Shown piece by piece: positions 7,758 through 16,374 of a stretch of DNA of 32,000 nt. Each line of letters opens with the position of its first letter. Position 1 is the first letter of the stretch. Source of the DNA: Candidatus Saccharimonadota bacterium. Lineage in GTDB: Bacteria > Patescibacteriota > Gracilibacteria > UBA1369 > 2-02-FULL-48-14. The translations under genes were made by a program, and so were the position numbers. The stretch is from the NCBI GenBank assembly GCA_016699145.1, contig CP064962.1, positions 180,001 through 212,000 of the forward strand. The letters run 5' to 3'. The notes under the pieces were generated by a model. It worked only from the letters and a program-made list of their open reading frames with translations, was not told the origin of the DNA and searched no databases.

Positions 7758-9551
7758 ATGGCTATGGATTTGTCCGCTCCAAAAAATGAAAACCTCGAAC
7801 TCGGCGAGATTGAAAAACCTCGCGACCTTTATGAGAAAGCCATGGATCTGGCTTATGAAAAAATGGATCTTCAAGCCGAATATGCCGGGCTTCTAGACGG
7901 TGGTTTTTCAGAAGACAATGAGCAGGTACAAAAAGTGGAAGTGGAAATCGCCCTCATCGACCGCCAAATCGACTCCCTTGCCACTCAATGGGCCGAAGGA
8001 AAAGTATCGAACCGCGTGAATCAAAAACGCAGTGCACGAGTGGAAACTCGAAAAAATCACTTCCTCTCTCGCTTGGAGCGAAAAATGAGACGAAACGAAA
8101 GACAAATGGATCGGGAAGAAGTGGATGAGGAAAAAACAGGAGAAAAAGTCGACCGACGCATGGACCGTTGGGAACGTCGCATGGATCGTAAAAAGAGCCG
8201 CCAAGAAGCACGGGACATCAAACACGGTGGACGCACTCGAGCTTCAGAACGAAAACAAGCGCGCTGGGAAGCGCGTGGAGACCGCCGTAGTGCAAAATGG
8301 GAACGTCGCATGGACAAGCGAACCGATCGTCTTGAGCGACAAGTAGAAAAGACCGACAAAGAGTTGGTGTTTAAACTCAGAGAAGCGGGTCTCAGACCCA
8401 CTCATTTGGGGATGGAAGGGCCTGAAAGAGACCGTGCCTTGGCCTTGGCCTTTGCCGATGATCCCGAAACTCTGGCCTATTATAGAGAAGTTTTAGCCGA
8501 AGGGCCCGAGTCCCCTGAATATGAAGAAGTGATGGCTGAACTGCAAGAACGCCAAGGCGAACTGCAGACCTCTGAAAGATACCGAGAGACCTTGGACAAG
8601 ACTGACGTTGCCCTTAAACAATTGGAAAGAGCTTCTTTGCAAGACAATTTGTGGGGCAAGTTTGGCGATTTGATTGGTGATTTTGGAAGAAATCCCGGTG
8701 CCATGGCAGCCATGGCTGGAGTACTAGCGGGTGTTTACTTTTTTAGAGATAAAATCTTCACCAAAGAGGTGGGTTATGTCGTGGGAGGCTTGGCCCTTCT
8801 GGGAAGCGGAGTTTACACTGCCGACTTTTTGATGGAGAAATTGGATAAAGAACATCGAGGTATTTTTGATCGCCTAGGATGGAAACCCAGTGATGCTTTG
8901 GCTCCTAATGTTTTAGAGAGTTATAGAAAAGAACACTTCCCTTATCTTCCTGAGAAAGACAGGGACAGCGCAGATGAAATGATGCGAATTTTCAATGTTC
9001 CGATGAGTCGAGTGAACGATGTCTTTGGACAAGCTGTGAATGAACATGAAACCAGCATCGATACCAGGAAGTTCTTGGGAGAACAAGCTGACGATAGAAA
9101 AGACGCTGTAGATACAAAAAGTGAAAGTCATATGGATGGAACGGACCTTTACCGTGGCCTGCGTTCGTTCTACATGGAATGTGCCGAGCGTTCATTGGGT
9201 GAGCGTGGCCTTTCAAAACTTTCAGAAGACCAAAAAATTCGAGCGGGTATTGCCTACTCAAAGGCTCACTTCATAGGAAAAAGTTTTGCTGAAGCCTCCA
9301 CCATTTTGAGACTGGATTCTCGTATTCCTTCTCATAAAAGCGAGCAAGTTGCCGGCGCTCCAATGTCTAGAGCTGAGAGTTTCGACCGACATTTGGCCTT
9401 CCCACAAAATGCTTCCTTAAAAGTTTGGGCTGAAAACCCTGCTGCACTCAACACCTTGAGGGCCTTGCCCACTGGAGAAGTGCTCGTGAAAGGGTATCCT
9501 TATAAATACAATTTTTCCGATCAAAAAAACACGTGTTCACCGATGTTCTAG
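7758..9551 (+). CDS. hypothetical membrane protein with an Arg/Asp/Glu-rich repeat region and two predicted TM helices
   Basis: 597-aa ORF. It has repeated (W)ERRMDR-type motifs. Hydrophobic segments are AMAAMAGVLAGVYFF and VGYVVGGLALLGSGVYTADFL. I recognise no family. Confidence 0.6.
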   Translation: MAMDLSAPKNENLELGEIEKPRDLYEKAMDLAYEKMDLQAEYAGLLDGGFSEDNEQVQKVEVEIALIDRQIDSLATQWAEGKVSNRVNQKRSARVETRKNHFLSRLERKMRRNERQMDREEVDEEKTGEKVDRRMDRWERRMDRKKSRQEARDIKHGGRTRASERKQARWEARGDRRSAKWERRMDKRTDRLERQVEKTDKELVFKLREAGLRPTHLGMEGPERDRALALAFADDPETLAYYREVLAEGPESPEYEEVMAELQERQGELQTSERYRETLDKTDVALKQLERASLQDNLWGKFGDLIGDFGRNPGAMAAMAGVLAGVYFFRDKIFTKEVGYVVGGLALLGSGVYTADFLMEKLDKEHRGIFDRLGWKPSDALAPNVLESYRKEHFPYLPEKDRDSADEMMRIFNVPMSRVNDVFGQAVNEHETSIDTRKFLGEQADDRKDAVDTKSESHMDGTDLYRGLRSFYMECAERSLGERGLSKLSEDQKIRAGIAYSKAHFIGKSFAEASTILRLDSRIPSHKSEQVAGAPMSRAESFDRHLAFPQNASLKVWAENPAALNTLRALPTGEVLVKGYPYKYNFSDQKNTCSPMF

Positions 9552-11698
9552 ACGGTTCGGTCTATGTGATTCCCGATGCTTTAGAATCTGGGGACCTCAA
9601 CCAACGCCTTGCCGCTTTAGCTTCTGAAGCAGAAATCAAAGTGAACAAAGCATTTGCAGCTTTCAAAGGTCAAACCGAAGCCAAACTTCAATACCTCGAA
9701 AGTGGAGATTGGAGCACAGTACCTCGGATGCCTCGTTTGACTCATGGCGGGCTCAAGACCGGTACCGATGGCATTTCTACTCTGCTCTTCGCAGACTCAA
9801 CAGGCTTCCACATCACTTTTGAAGGAGCTAAAAAAGATCAATACTTCGGCAGTTTGGAAGAAATGCAAAAAGCTTACGACAAACAAAACGTCTTCCCCGA
9901 GCTGGTGAATCGCGACGTGGGTCATCTTTTGGTGGACATCCCTTATTCAGTGGAAAGCGTGACGGACGACGAAAAAACCACCACCGTAACCCTCAACTAT
10001 GACGGAGGACACACCGGGGTACTCACTTATAAAAACGGCGTGCTCGACTCCACTCGTTTGGCTCAAAGTACCGAACTGGCCCAGCGCCAAGAAATGGAAG
10101 TGCAAAAAGAAATCGTGAAGTTCTTCTCACGTGCAGAAATTCAAGACAAACTTGTGGAAGCAAAAGGCATAGATCCTGACCTTTACTTGCGCCTTGAAAA
10201 TTTTGCCACCGAAGGATTGGTGAGCAATGCACCTGGTATCGAATACAACGCGGGGCTCTTCAGAACTGCAAGCAAAACCGCTTCTGAAATGTTCAATGCA
10301 CTTTTGGACAGCAACGACTGGACCGGAAACACCGTGGAAGCGCGAGCCAAAGAAGAAACAGAACTTCAAATGGACAAAGATCTCGGAAGCATGATTGTTC
10401 AAATGAATAAAGAATTGCTGGAACTCCTGCAAAAGGGACTCCCTCGCACCCAGTACGAACAAGAAAAGAAAATGCTCATGAAGGGCTATGAAAGCCAAAT
10501 CGATACCCTTATTGGCAAAGAACACGACATTCAATTGTCGGATGAAGAGTTGAATCGAATGAAAACAGCAGCGGAAGAACGAATGGAAGAAGCCCTGTCA
10601 CCCATGAAACACCTCCTCAGCATGGACGGAAATCAAGAGGCGCTTTACCAAGAAAAGCTTCAGGGCTGGCAAAAAAACGTCGTTGCCGCCATCACAGCTT
10701 TGGGAAGAAACCCCATGAAATCCAAAGTAGATGCAGTGATTGAGCAGCATTACGCAGACGCCAGTAAAGAAGCCAATGAACATCGAGGACTCAACACCAG
10801 TGAATCAGCGGACCTCTTGATCGAAAAGAAACTCAACGGAACCAACCAAGAAAAATGGAAAGAGGCCACTCGTTTGGTTTACTCGAATCTTTCAAATAAC
10901 CTAGCTTGGAAAGCCTCTGAAATTTTAAACAAAGGAGAAAATCTTAAAGATTTAATGGATCTTTACTATGAAAAAATCAAAAACGGAAACGCTGCCGCGA
11001 GCAAGGAAAAGGCAAAAGAATACGTGCTCCACTACTTCCTCCCTCTAGTTCACCTAGAATTGAAAGAAGTGTCCTACCAAGAAGCACGCGGCAAATTGGA
11101 AGGGCTAAAATCCTTTGACGAATGGCTCGCAAACCCTGAACAATACGCCGTGCCTTCTAGCCTCGATGAAAGCTTCCGCATGGAACAGGACAAAGATGCC
11201 GTGATGGAAAGCTTCATGGAAGAATTCGACACTCACTTGCAAATTGGAACACTCAACCCCACTCGTTTGGATTTCTGGGATCAACAATGGCCCGAGCACT
11301 GGCGTGCTTCCGTGGAACGACGCGCGCAGCAAATCCGCACGCTGCACGACAACGACCCTGTGGACTACACTTCAGAAGCTTACCGACAAGATCTAGTCGA
11401 TTTCAGAAAATTCGTGGCCCTGGAACACAATGTCTTCCAACTGCTCATTCAGCACGACCTGGAACCCGATGACCATGCTCGTCAAATCGAAGGAATCATC
11501 GATAGAAATTTCACCCTATGTTGGAAAGACAAAGATTATCCAAGTTATTTCAAAAATCTATACAAGGAAATCGTCGCTGTCGATGAAGACTGGCTTCCCG
11601 AATGGCAAGATCCAGTGATTGAAGAAGCCTTGGATGGCATCGATATAGAACGCCTATTTACCATCCCGTTCCTATGGACGAACGGCTTCAAAACATAA
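9533..11698 (+). CDS. hypothetical protein (large, mostly helical, no recognised domain); possibly continuous with the upstream ORF
   Basis: 721-aa ORF with a GTG start inside the last 19 nt of the upstream ORF. Its frame is open from 9506. Confidence 0.6.
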   Translation: MFTDVLDGSVYVIPDALESGDLNQRLAALASEAEIKVNKAFAAFKGQTEAKLQYLESGDWSTVPRMPRLTHGGLKTGTDGISTLLFADSTGFHITFEGAKKDQYFGSLEEMQKAYDKQNVFPELVNRDVGHLLVDIPYSVESVTDDEKTTTVTLNYDGGHTGVLTYKNGVLDSTRLAQSTELAQRQEMEVQKEIVKFFSRAEIQDKLVEAKGIDPDLYLRLENFATEGLVSNAPGIEYNAGLFRTASKTASEMFNALLDSNDWTGNTVEARAKEETELQMDKDLGSMIVQMNKELLELLQKGLPRTQYEQEKKMLMKGYESQIDTLIGKEHDIQLSDEELNRMKTAAEERMEEALSPMKHLLSMDGNQEALYQEKLQGWQKNVVAAITALGRNPMKSKVDAVIEQHYADASKEANEHRGLNTSESADLLIEKKLNGTNQEKWKEATRLVYSNLSNNLAWKASEILNKGENLKDLMDLYYEKIKNGNAAASKEKAKEYVLHYFLPLVHLELKEVSYQEARGKLEGLKSFDEWLANPEQYAVPSSLDESFRMEQDKDAVMESFMEEFDTHLQIGTLNPTRLDFWDQQWPEHWRASVERRAQQIRTLHDNDPVDYTSEAYRQDLVDFRKFVALEHNVFQLLIQHDLEPDDHARQIEGIIDRNFTLCWKDKDYPSYFKNLYKEIVAVDEDWLPEWQDPVIEEALDGIDIERLFTIPFLWTNGFKT

Positions 11699-11706
11699 AT
11701 GAACCT

Positions 11707-11726
11707 CCCCGAGCTTACGCTCGGGG
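11707..11726 (+). repeat. IS200/IS605 subterminal hairpin (perfect 8-bp stem CCCCGAGC/GCTCGGGG, loop TTAC)
   Basis: Read directly: ccccgagc ttac gctcgggg, 8 nt after the stop of the 721-aa ORF. Confidence 0.7.
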
Positions 11727-11728
11727 TT

Positions 11729-12163
11729 TCAGCCTAGTTCAAGCTGCGCTTGGCCCGCATCTTCTTCGCCCTGTTGTTGGATATACTTTCGAATGACCTC
11801 CTCGTTAATCCCAACTGTGGAGGCAAAGTAACCTGCCGACCAAATACTTCTCGTCCCCCAGTACACTTTTCTAAGAAACGGAAACTTTATGTTCAACTCA
11901 CGAGCTGTGTTGGCTTTTATTATTCTCACCACCTCTCCCACTGCTATTTGTGGAGGTATGGAAATTAAAATATGTACATGGTCTAAATCCGTGTTTACCT
12001 CTTTCACCACCAGTTCCGGATAGTACTTCGGAATATCCTTCATCACTTCCTGCAGAAAAGCCAACACACCTTCGTTGAATATCTTCCGACGGTATTTGGT
12101 CGGCCAAACTAAGTGATAGTCACAGATGAAAACTGCGTGTGAGCTTTTTCGTAGCTTCTTCAT
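11729..12163 (-). CDS. tnpA: IS200/IS605 family transposase TnpA (HUH/Y1)
   Basis: 144 aa. HAVFICDYHLVWPTKYRRKIF, DHVHILISIPP (the HUH motif) and a downstream conserved Tyr region (SIWSAGYFASTVG). Confidence 0.9.
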   Translation of the reverse strand: MKKLRKSSHAVFICDYHLVWPTKYRRKIFNEGVLAFLQEVMKDIPKYYPELVVKEVNTDLDHVHILISIPPQIAVGEVVRIIKANTARELNIKFPFLRKVYWGTRSIWSAGYFASTVGINEEVIRKYIQQQGEEDAGQAQLELG

Positions 12164-12207
12164 GCCTCCACTTTACACCACCACGAAGATGCGGGCACCC
12201 ACTACAT

Positions 12208-12228
12208 CCCTCGGGCTTACGCCCGGGG
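12208..12228 (+). repeat. IS200/IS605 subterminal hairpin (stem CCC(T)CGGGC/GCCCGGGG with one bulge, loop TTAC)
   Basis: Read directly: ccctcgggc ttac gcccgggg. Same strand and same loop as the hairpin at 11707-11726. Confidence 0.65.
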
Positions 12229-12265
12229 AACTACGTCAGTTGATTAGAATGCCTCTAAAGGCTAT

Positions 12266-12637
12266 CTATTTCAGCAAAATGCTTTCCTCCCCGGGCAAAG
12301 GACAAGAAGTGGCTTCAGCGAGTTCTTCAAAACTCTGAACTCCCGTCACCTTCGTTCCGTCTGCAAAAATCCAAGTGGGGTACTGCTCCACCCCTGCCGC
12401 AGTACAAGCCCCTGCATCGGCATTTTTCCCGTTGGGATCACATTCCACATAAGGAAGCAAATCTTTGGCATCTCCAAATTCCTTCTTTTGATCCGAACAA
12501 TGAGGACACCAGAAAGCTCCATAAAAAGTAGCTCCGCTATTGGCAATACACGTAGCGAAGGCATCATTTGTGGTGTCGCGAGCACAACCGAGCAAGAACA
12601 CAGCCATAAGGGCAAGCAAAGCGAAGATTTTTTTCAT
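12266..12637 (-). CDS. thioredoxin-like lipoprotein (VKOR-partner type, WCPHC active site)
   Basis: Start taken at MKKIFALLALMAVFLLGCARD (signal peptide plus lipobox-like LLGC). FYGAFWCPHCSDQKKEFG is the Trx-like domain normally fused or adjacent to bacterial VKOR. Confidence 0.75.
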   Translation of the reverse strand: MKKIFALLALMAVFLLGCARDTTNDAFATCIANSGATFYGAFWCPHCSDQKKEFGDAKDLLPYVECDPNGKNADAGACTAAGVEQYPTWIFADGTKVTGVQSFEELAEATSCPLPGEESILLK

Positions 12638-12638
12638 A

Positions 12639-13082
12639 TCATTGAGATTTAGAAGAATTAAGAAGAGAAATAAAAACCCCGTACTCAAGCAGAATCAGCA
12701 CTTGCTGGCTCATGCAAAAAATACAAAAAGTTTGGAGTACAAAAGCCTCCACGGCCGTCAAATAAAGAGAGAAAGCCAAAGCCCCAGTGAGCCCCGCAAA
12801 GACCCAAGGAACTGCTTTTTTTTGGTCGACATAGAGTCCACGCAAACTGAAAAGCACTAAGAAAAAATACGTAGCAGCCCCCAGGCCCGCCACCGGAAGG
12901 CCAAAGAGTGTGGAGTAAATGCTTTTGTTCACGATATCGCAATTCCAACGTTCCCCTAAATTACAAACATCACCGAGTTCAGGCCTAAAATGCAAATGCA
13001 GCAGATGCAAAGCAATGCCCAAAGCCAACAGGTTTATGACGAATAAAACGCGATAATGTTTTTTATAGGAAGAAGGCGTCAC
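12639..13082 (-). CDS. vitamin K epoxide reductase (VKOR) family membrane protein
   Basis: 147 aa with 4 hydrophobic helices. It has a loop cysteine pair (CNLGERWNC) and a CIFC (CxxC) active site in the last helix. GTG start. The stop is 1 nt from the Trx-like gene start. Confidence 0.75.
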   Translation of the reverse strand: MTPSSYKKHYRVLFVINLLALGIALHLLHLHFRPELGDVCNLGERWNCDIVNKSIYSTLFGLPVAGLGAATYFFLVLFSLRGLYVDQKKAVPWVFAGLTGALAFSLYLTAVEAFVLQTFCIFCMSQQVLILLEYGVFISLLNSSKSQ

Positions 13083-13105
13083 GCAAACATGCTAACACTT
13101 TGCTG

Positions 13106-13239
<134 letters not shown>

Positions 13240-13277
13240 GTTTTGTTGTACATAAAAAACCCATCGAGAAGTCCAGT

Positions 13278-13296
13278 TTGTCAATATTTTTGACAA
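13278..13296. promoter_or_regulatory. 7-bp perfect inverted repeat TTGTCAA-N5-TTGACAA (candidate operator; also contains TTGACA)
   Basis: Read directly. A third TTGTCAA half-site sits at 13408-13414, ending 1 nt before the ATG of the downstream HTH protein gene. Confidence 0.35.
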
Positions 13297-13415
13297 CAGC
13301 AAATAGGTATATTACGCTTTACAAATTCCTAAATTGTTAGAGAATCTGGGTTAGCAAATTTAAAAAATAGAAAAATATCAAAAAAATTGATTTCAACATT
13401 CATCCACTTGTCAAA

Positions 13416-14492
13416 ATGCTTAACACAAATTTCACACTAGATCGAAAACTTTCCGCTCAAGATATCAAATTGCACGAACTCGTTGAAAACTTACTGGTCG
13501 TGCTCTCAGAAAAAGAAAAGTTCATCATCAAAAGTCGTTTTGCCCTGAATGTTCCTCAAAAACTGACTCTGGAACAAATCGGACAACAGTTTGGAGTGAC
13601 TCGAGAACGGGTGCGGCAAATTGAAAAAACCGCCCTTCGAAAACTGGAACGCAATGCCCAAAACACCAACATCAGAATCTTAACCGAGTTCGCCAAAGCC
13701 CTCCTCCAAAAAGAAGGGGGCATCGCCGCCGATTCTTACTTCAAAGAGCAACTTTTAAAAATCCTTCCCAACATCACTTCTGAAGAGATTCAAGAACTGC
13801 ATTTGGCCCTTTCTCTCGATCGAGACATCCACTTTGAGCCCAACACTCTAAAAAATCACCCCTATTGGAGAACCGCTCGCTTCAACGACAACTCCATCGC
13901 CACAGTGGGGAACATCAGCAACAAAACCCTCAGTAAAACAAGTCACATACTCCCCATTGAACAATTGGCTGAAAAAATCAATGAAAACAGCGAAAACCCA
14001 CTGAGCATAAATCAGATCACAAACATATTCCGCATCATTCGAGAATACAAAATCACCGACCAAGGAATAGGCCTTTACAACTGGAGACACATCAATCCAC
14101 GAACTCTAAAAGACAAAATCATCTACATCTTGAATCGCGAAAAAAGGCCTCTGCATTTTGAAAAACTAACCAACTTGATTCGAGAAAGCAAATTCGATCA
14201 AAAACGAACCAATATACAGGCCGTGCACAACGAACTCATCCGCAATGAAAATTTCATTCTGATTGGGCGCGGAATTTACGCCTTGCAAGAATGGGGCTAT
14301 AAAACAGGCACCGTAGCCGACGTGATCACCGAAATTTTAGCCGACGGAGTGCCTCGCAGCCGCGAAGAAATCACCAAAGCAGTCCTCGATCAACGTCATG
14401 TGAAAACCATCACCATTTACCTCAATTTAAAAAACAAAAACCAATTCGCTCGCGTGGGACGAGACAAATACACCTTGTTGCGCTTCGCTTAG
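13416..14492 (+). CDS. sigma-70 region 4-type HTH protein with C-terminal HARE-HTH-like repeats
   Basis: LSEKEKFIIKSRFALNVPQKLTLEQIGQQFGVTRERVRQIEKTALRKLERN is a classic sigma region 4.2 HTH. No region 2 is visible. The C-terminal segments ending in ...GIGLYNW, ...GRGIYALQEW and ...GRDKYTL resemble HARE-HTH units (by eye). Confidence 0.6.
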   Translation: MLNTNFTLDRKLSAQDIKLHELVENLLVVLSEKEKFIIKSRFALNVPQKLTLEQIGQQFGVTRERVRQIEKTALRKLERNAQNTNIRILTEFAKALLQKEGGIAADSYFKEQLLKILPNITSEEIQELHLALSLDRDIHFEPNTLKNHPYWRTARFNDNSIATVGNISNKTLSKTSHILPIEQLAEKINENSENPLSINQITNIFRIIREYKITDQGIGLYNWRHINPRTLKDKIIYILNREKRPLHFEKLTNLIRESKFDQKRTNIQAVHNELIRNENFILIGRGIYALQEWGYKTGTVADVITEILADGVPRSREEITKAVLDQRHVKTITIYLNLKNKNQFARVGRDKYTLLRFA

Positions 14493-14499
14493 AAGCCCT

Positions 14500-15012
14500 C
14501 TACGCCCACTTGATGGAACAGCCCATGGAATGAATTTGTTCTTTTGAAGGAGCCTGCCCTTCCAAAAGCGCTTCCACCGCAGTTTTCAAACCCTCAAAAG
14601 CCCCGTGATAAGCCAAACAACGATCGGGACCATAGACAAAAATATCGGGCGTGCACGCCGCCTGATAAGCCTCCGCCGCACTTTGATCTTCATCGTATAA
14701 ATAAGGGAAACTTTGCCCTTTTTCTTGGGCATAGTGCTTCATTTTTTCAAAAGAATCTTCAGGGTAAGCAGTGTTCGCTCCATTGGAATTGATCCCGAGC
14801 ATTTGCACTTCCGAAGGAAAGTTTTTATCTAAAGTTACGAGCTCGGACCAAATTTTCTGCACATAAGGGCAGTGGTTGCACATAAAAATAAGCACCAGCA
14901 CCTTGGCTGAAGCGTAATCCTCTAAAACATGCCATTTTCCATCAATGCCCTTGAGTTTGAAATCAGGAGCCGAGGAGCCCAAAGGAAGCGTTTTAGAGTG
15001 CAAAAGCACCAT
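14500..15012 (-). CDS. thioredoxin-fold redoxin (AhpC/TSA-like, CNHC active site)
   Basis: 170 aa. APDFKLKGIDGKWHVLEDY...VLVLIFMCNHCPYV is typical of redoxin-family thiol-disulfide oxidoreductases. Confidence 0.7.
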   Translation of the reverse strand: MVLLHSKTLPLGSSAPDFKLKGIDGKWHVLEDYASAKVLVLIFMCNHCPYVQKIWSELVTLDKNFPSEVQMLGINSNGANTAYPEDSFEKMKHYAQEKGQSFPYLYDEDQSAAEAYQAACTPDIFVYGPDRCLAYHGAFEGLKTAVEALLEGQAPSKEQIHSMGCSIKWA

Positions 15013-16291
15013 AACTCACAGGGATTAAAGCACTCGCCCATCCTACCAGAACCACAAGGATCATTGAAAGCAAGACACGTAAACCCACCTGCCGTGAAGC
15101 CAAAAAAAGAGCAATAAACCCCTTCGAGAGCGTATTGGTCATGACCACAATCAAAACCCCCATGGCCGCCATAGAATTGGAAATACTGCCATCCTGAGCC
15201 AAGTGTGTCATTGAAACCGTAATGGCATCCACATCAAAAGTTCCCGAGAAAAAAGCAGTCAAATAAAGCCCCAACTCACCAAAACTCACCGCAGCAAATT
15301 TGGAAGCAAAAAGTAAAACTGAAAAAATCAAAGCAAATTGAATGGCCGTGCTCAACTGAAAAGGACTTTTTAAAGGAAGTTCTTGCAAGGACAGGACGTC
15401 GCTAAAAGGCTCTTTTTTTTGAAACCAAAAATAGGTGGCCAAAGCAAAGCCGCATAAAGTCATGGCCAGCAAAGGGATCAAAAGCTGTTCAAGCAGTGCA
15501 GGATGGAGCACCAAAACTGTAAAAAGCACACGAATGAACATGGCCGAGGCCGCAAGCAAAAGGCCAAAAATAAAGGGATTCACAAGTTTTTGAGATTTTT
15601 TACTCAAAGCAGAAAAACTCAACGTCACGGCCGTAGAAGAAATGAGTCCACCCAAAAAACCACCGAGTCCTATGCCTTTTTTGGGTCCAAGCAACTTAAT
15701 GCCCACATAGCTGGCAAACGAAATGGAACAAATCAAAACGACCACAAACCACACTTCATAAGGATTGAAAATGTCCAAAGGCCCATATGAACGATTGGGC
15801 AAAAGAGGCAAAATCACAAAAACCACCGCAATGAATTTAAGGGTATCGTAAAGCTCCGTCTTCCCTAAACGATGGGCAAAACGGTGTAAGGGTTGTTTAA
15901 AGTACAAAATAAGCACAAGAACCAAAGTGATCACCGTGGCATACAACTCCCCAACTCCTCCCCGCCCAACCAAAAGCCCGATCATATAAACAAAGAAACC
16001 AGCCAGCTCGGTAGTGGCTCCTAAATTTTTATTTTGCAGGGAAGAGATCACATAAGAAGCGATCACTAAAGAAAAGTAAGCCGCCGTAAACAAAACAAAC
16101 AAAAATAAGTGATCAAAAAAGAGGCGATAAGCCAAAAAGCCATACAGAGACACCAAAGCCATGGTACGCAGCCCTCCAAAAGCATGAACAGGCTCTGTTT
16201 GCCCGTGATTGCGTTCACGCTCCAAACCAATGAGCCCTCCCATAAGAAGAGCGAGTCCAAGATCTTGAAAAAAAAGGAAAGTTTCAGGCAT
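14993..16291 (-). CDS. MgtC/SapB-family plus DUF4010-type integral membrane protein
   Basis: 432 aa and polytopic. It has the N-terminal LLMGGLIGLERE MgtC signature, followed by many further TM helices. Confidence 0.65.
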   Translation of the reverse strand: MPETFLFFQDLGLALLMGGLIGLERERNHGQTEPVHAFGGLRTMALVSLYGFLAYRLFFDHLFLFVLFTAAYFSLVIASYVISSLQNKNLGATTELAGFFVYMIGLLVGRGGVGELYATVITLVLVLILYFKQPLHRFAHRLGKTELYDTLKFIAVVFVILPLLPNRSYGPLDIFNPYEVWFVVVLICSISFASYVGIKLLGPKKGIGLGGFLGGLISSTAVTLSFSALSKKSQKLVNPFIFGLLLAASAMFIRVLFTVLVLHPALLEQLLIPLLAMTLCGFALATYFWFQKKEPFSDVLSLQELPLKSPFQLSTAIQFALIFSVLLFASKFAAVSFGELGLYLTAFFSGTFDVDAITVSMTHLAQDGSISNSMAAMGVLIVVMTNTLSKGFIALFLASRQVGLRVLLSMILVVLVGWASALIPVSYGAFAL

Positions 16292-16326
16292 GAAAGGCGG
16301 CGTCTAAAAATCATGATAGAAAAATC

Positions 16327-16354
16327 TTGCCCTTTCCGCAAGATTCGCTAAAAT
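16327..16354 (+). promoter_or_regulatory. candidate promoter of the tRNA-Leu/tRNA-Val pair
   Basis: TTGCCC (16327-16332), 16 nt, TAAAAT (16349-16354). The -10 element ends 20 nt upstream of tRNA-Leu. Confidence 0.35.
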
Positions 16355-16374
16355 GCGTGGGCACTTTGAAAAAT

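Larger units (their letters stand above)
11700..12240 (-). mobile_element. IS200/IS605-family insertion sequence, tnpA only (approximate ends)
   Basis: A Y1 transposase gene is flanked by two same-strand hairpins with identical TTAC loops (11707-11726 and 12208-12228). This matches the subterminal LE/RE hairpins of this family. Confidence 0.75.

Noticed and set aside
7908-8401. Antisense and alternate-frame ORFs (73-114 aa) over the charged-repeat tract of the 597-aa ORF
   Set aside because: Repetitive purine-rich coding sequence keeps several frames open. Only the 597-aa frame is continuous across the locus.
9524-9530. Treating A_AAA_AAC as demonstrated programmed -1 frameshifting
   Set aside because: It is not rejected as a hypothesis, but it is rejected as a conclusion. 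The site is an A7 homopolymer in a contig with many homopolymer-associated frame breaks, and no convincing downstream stimulatory structure is visible.
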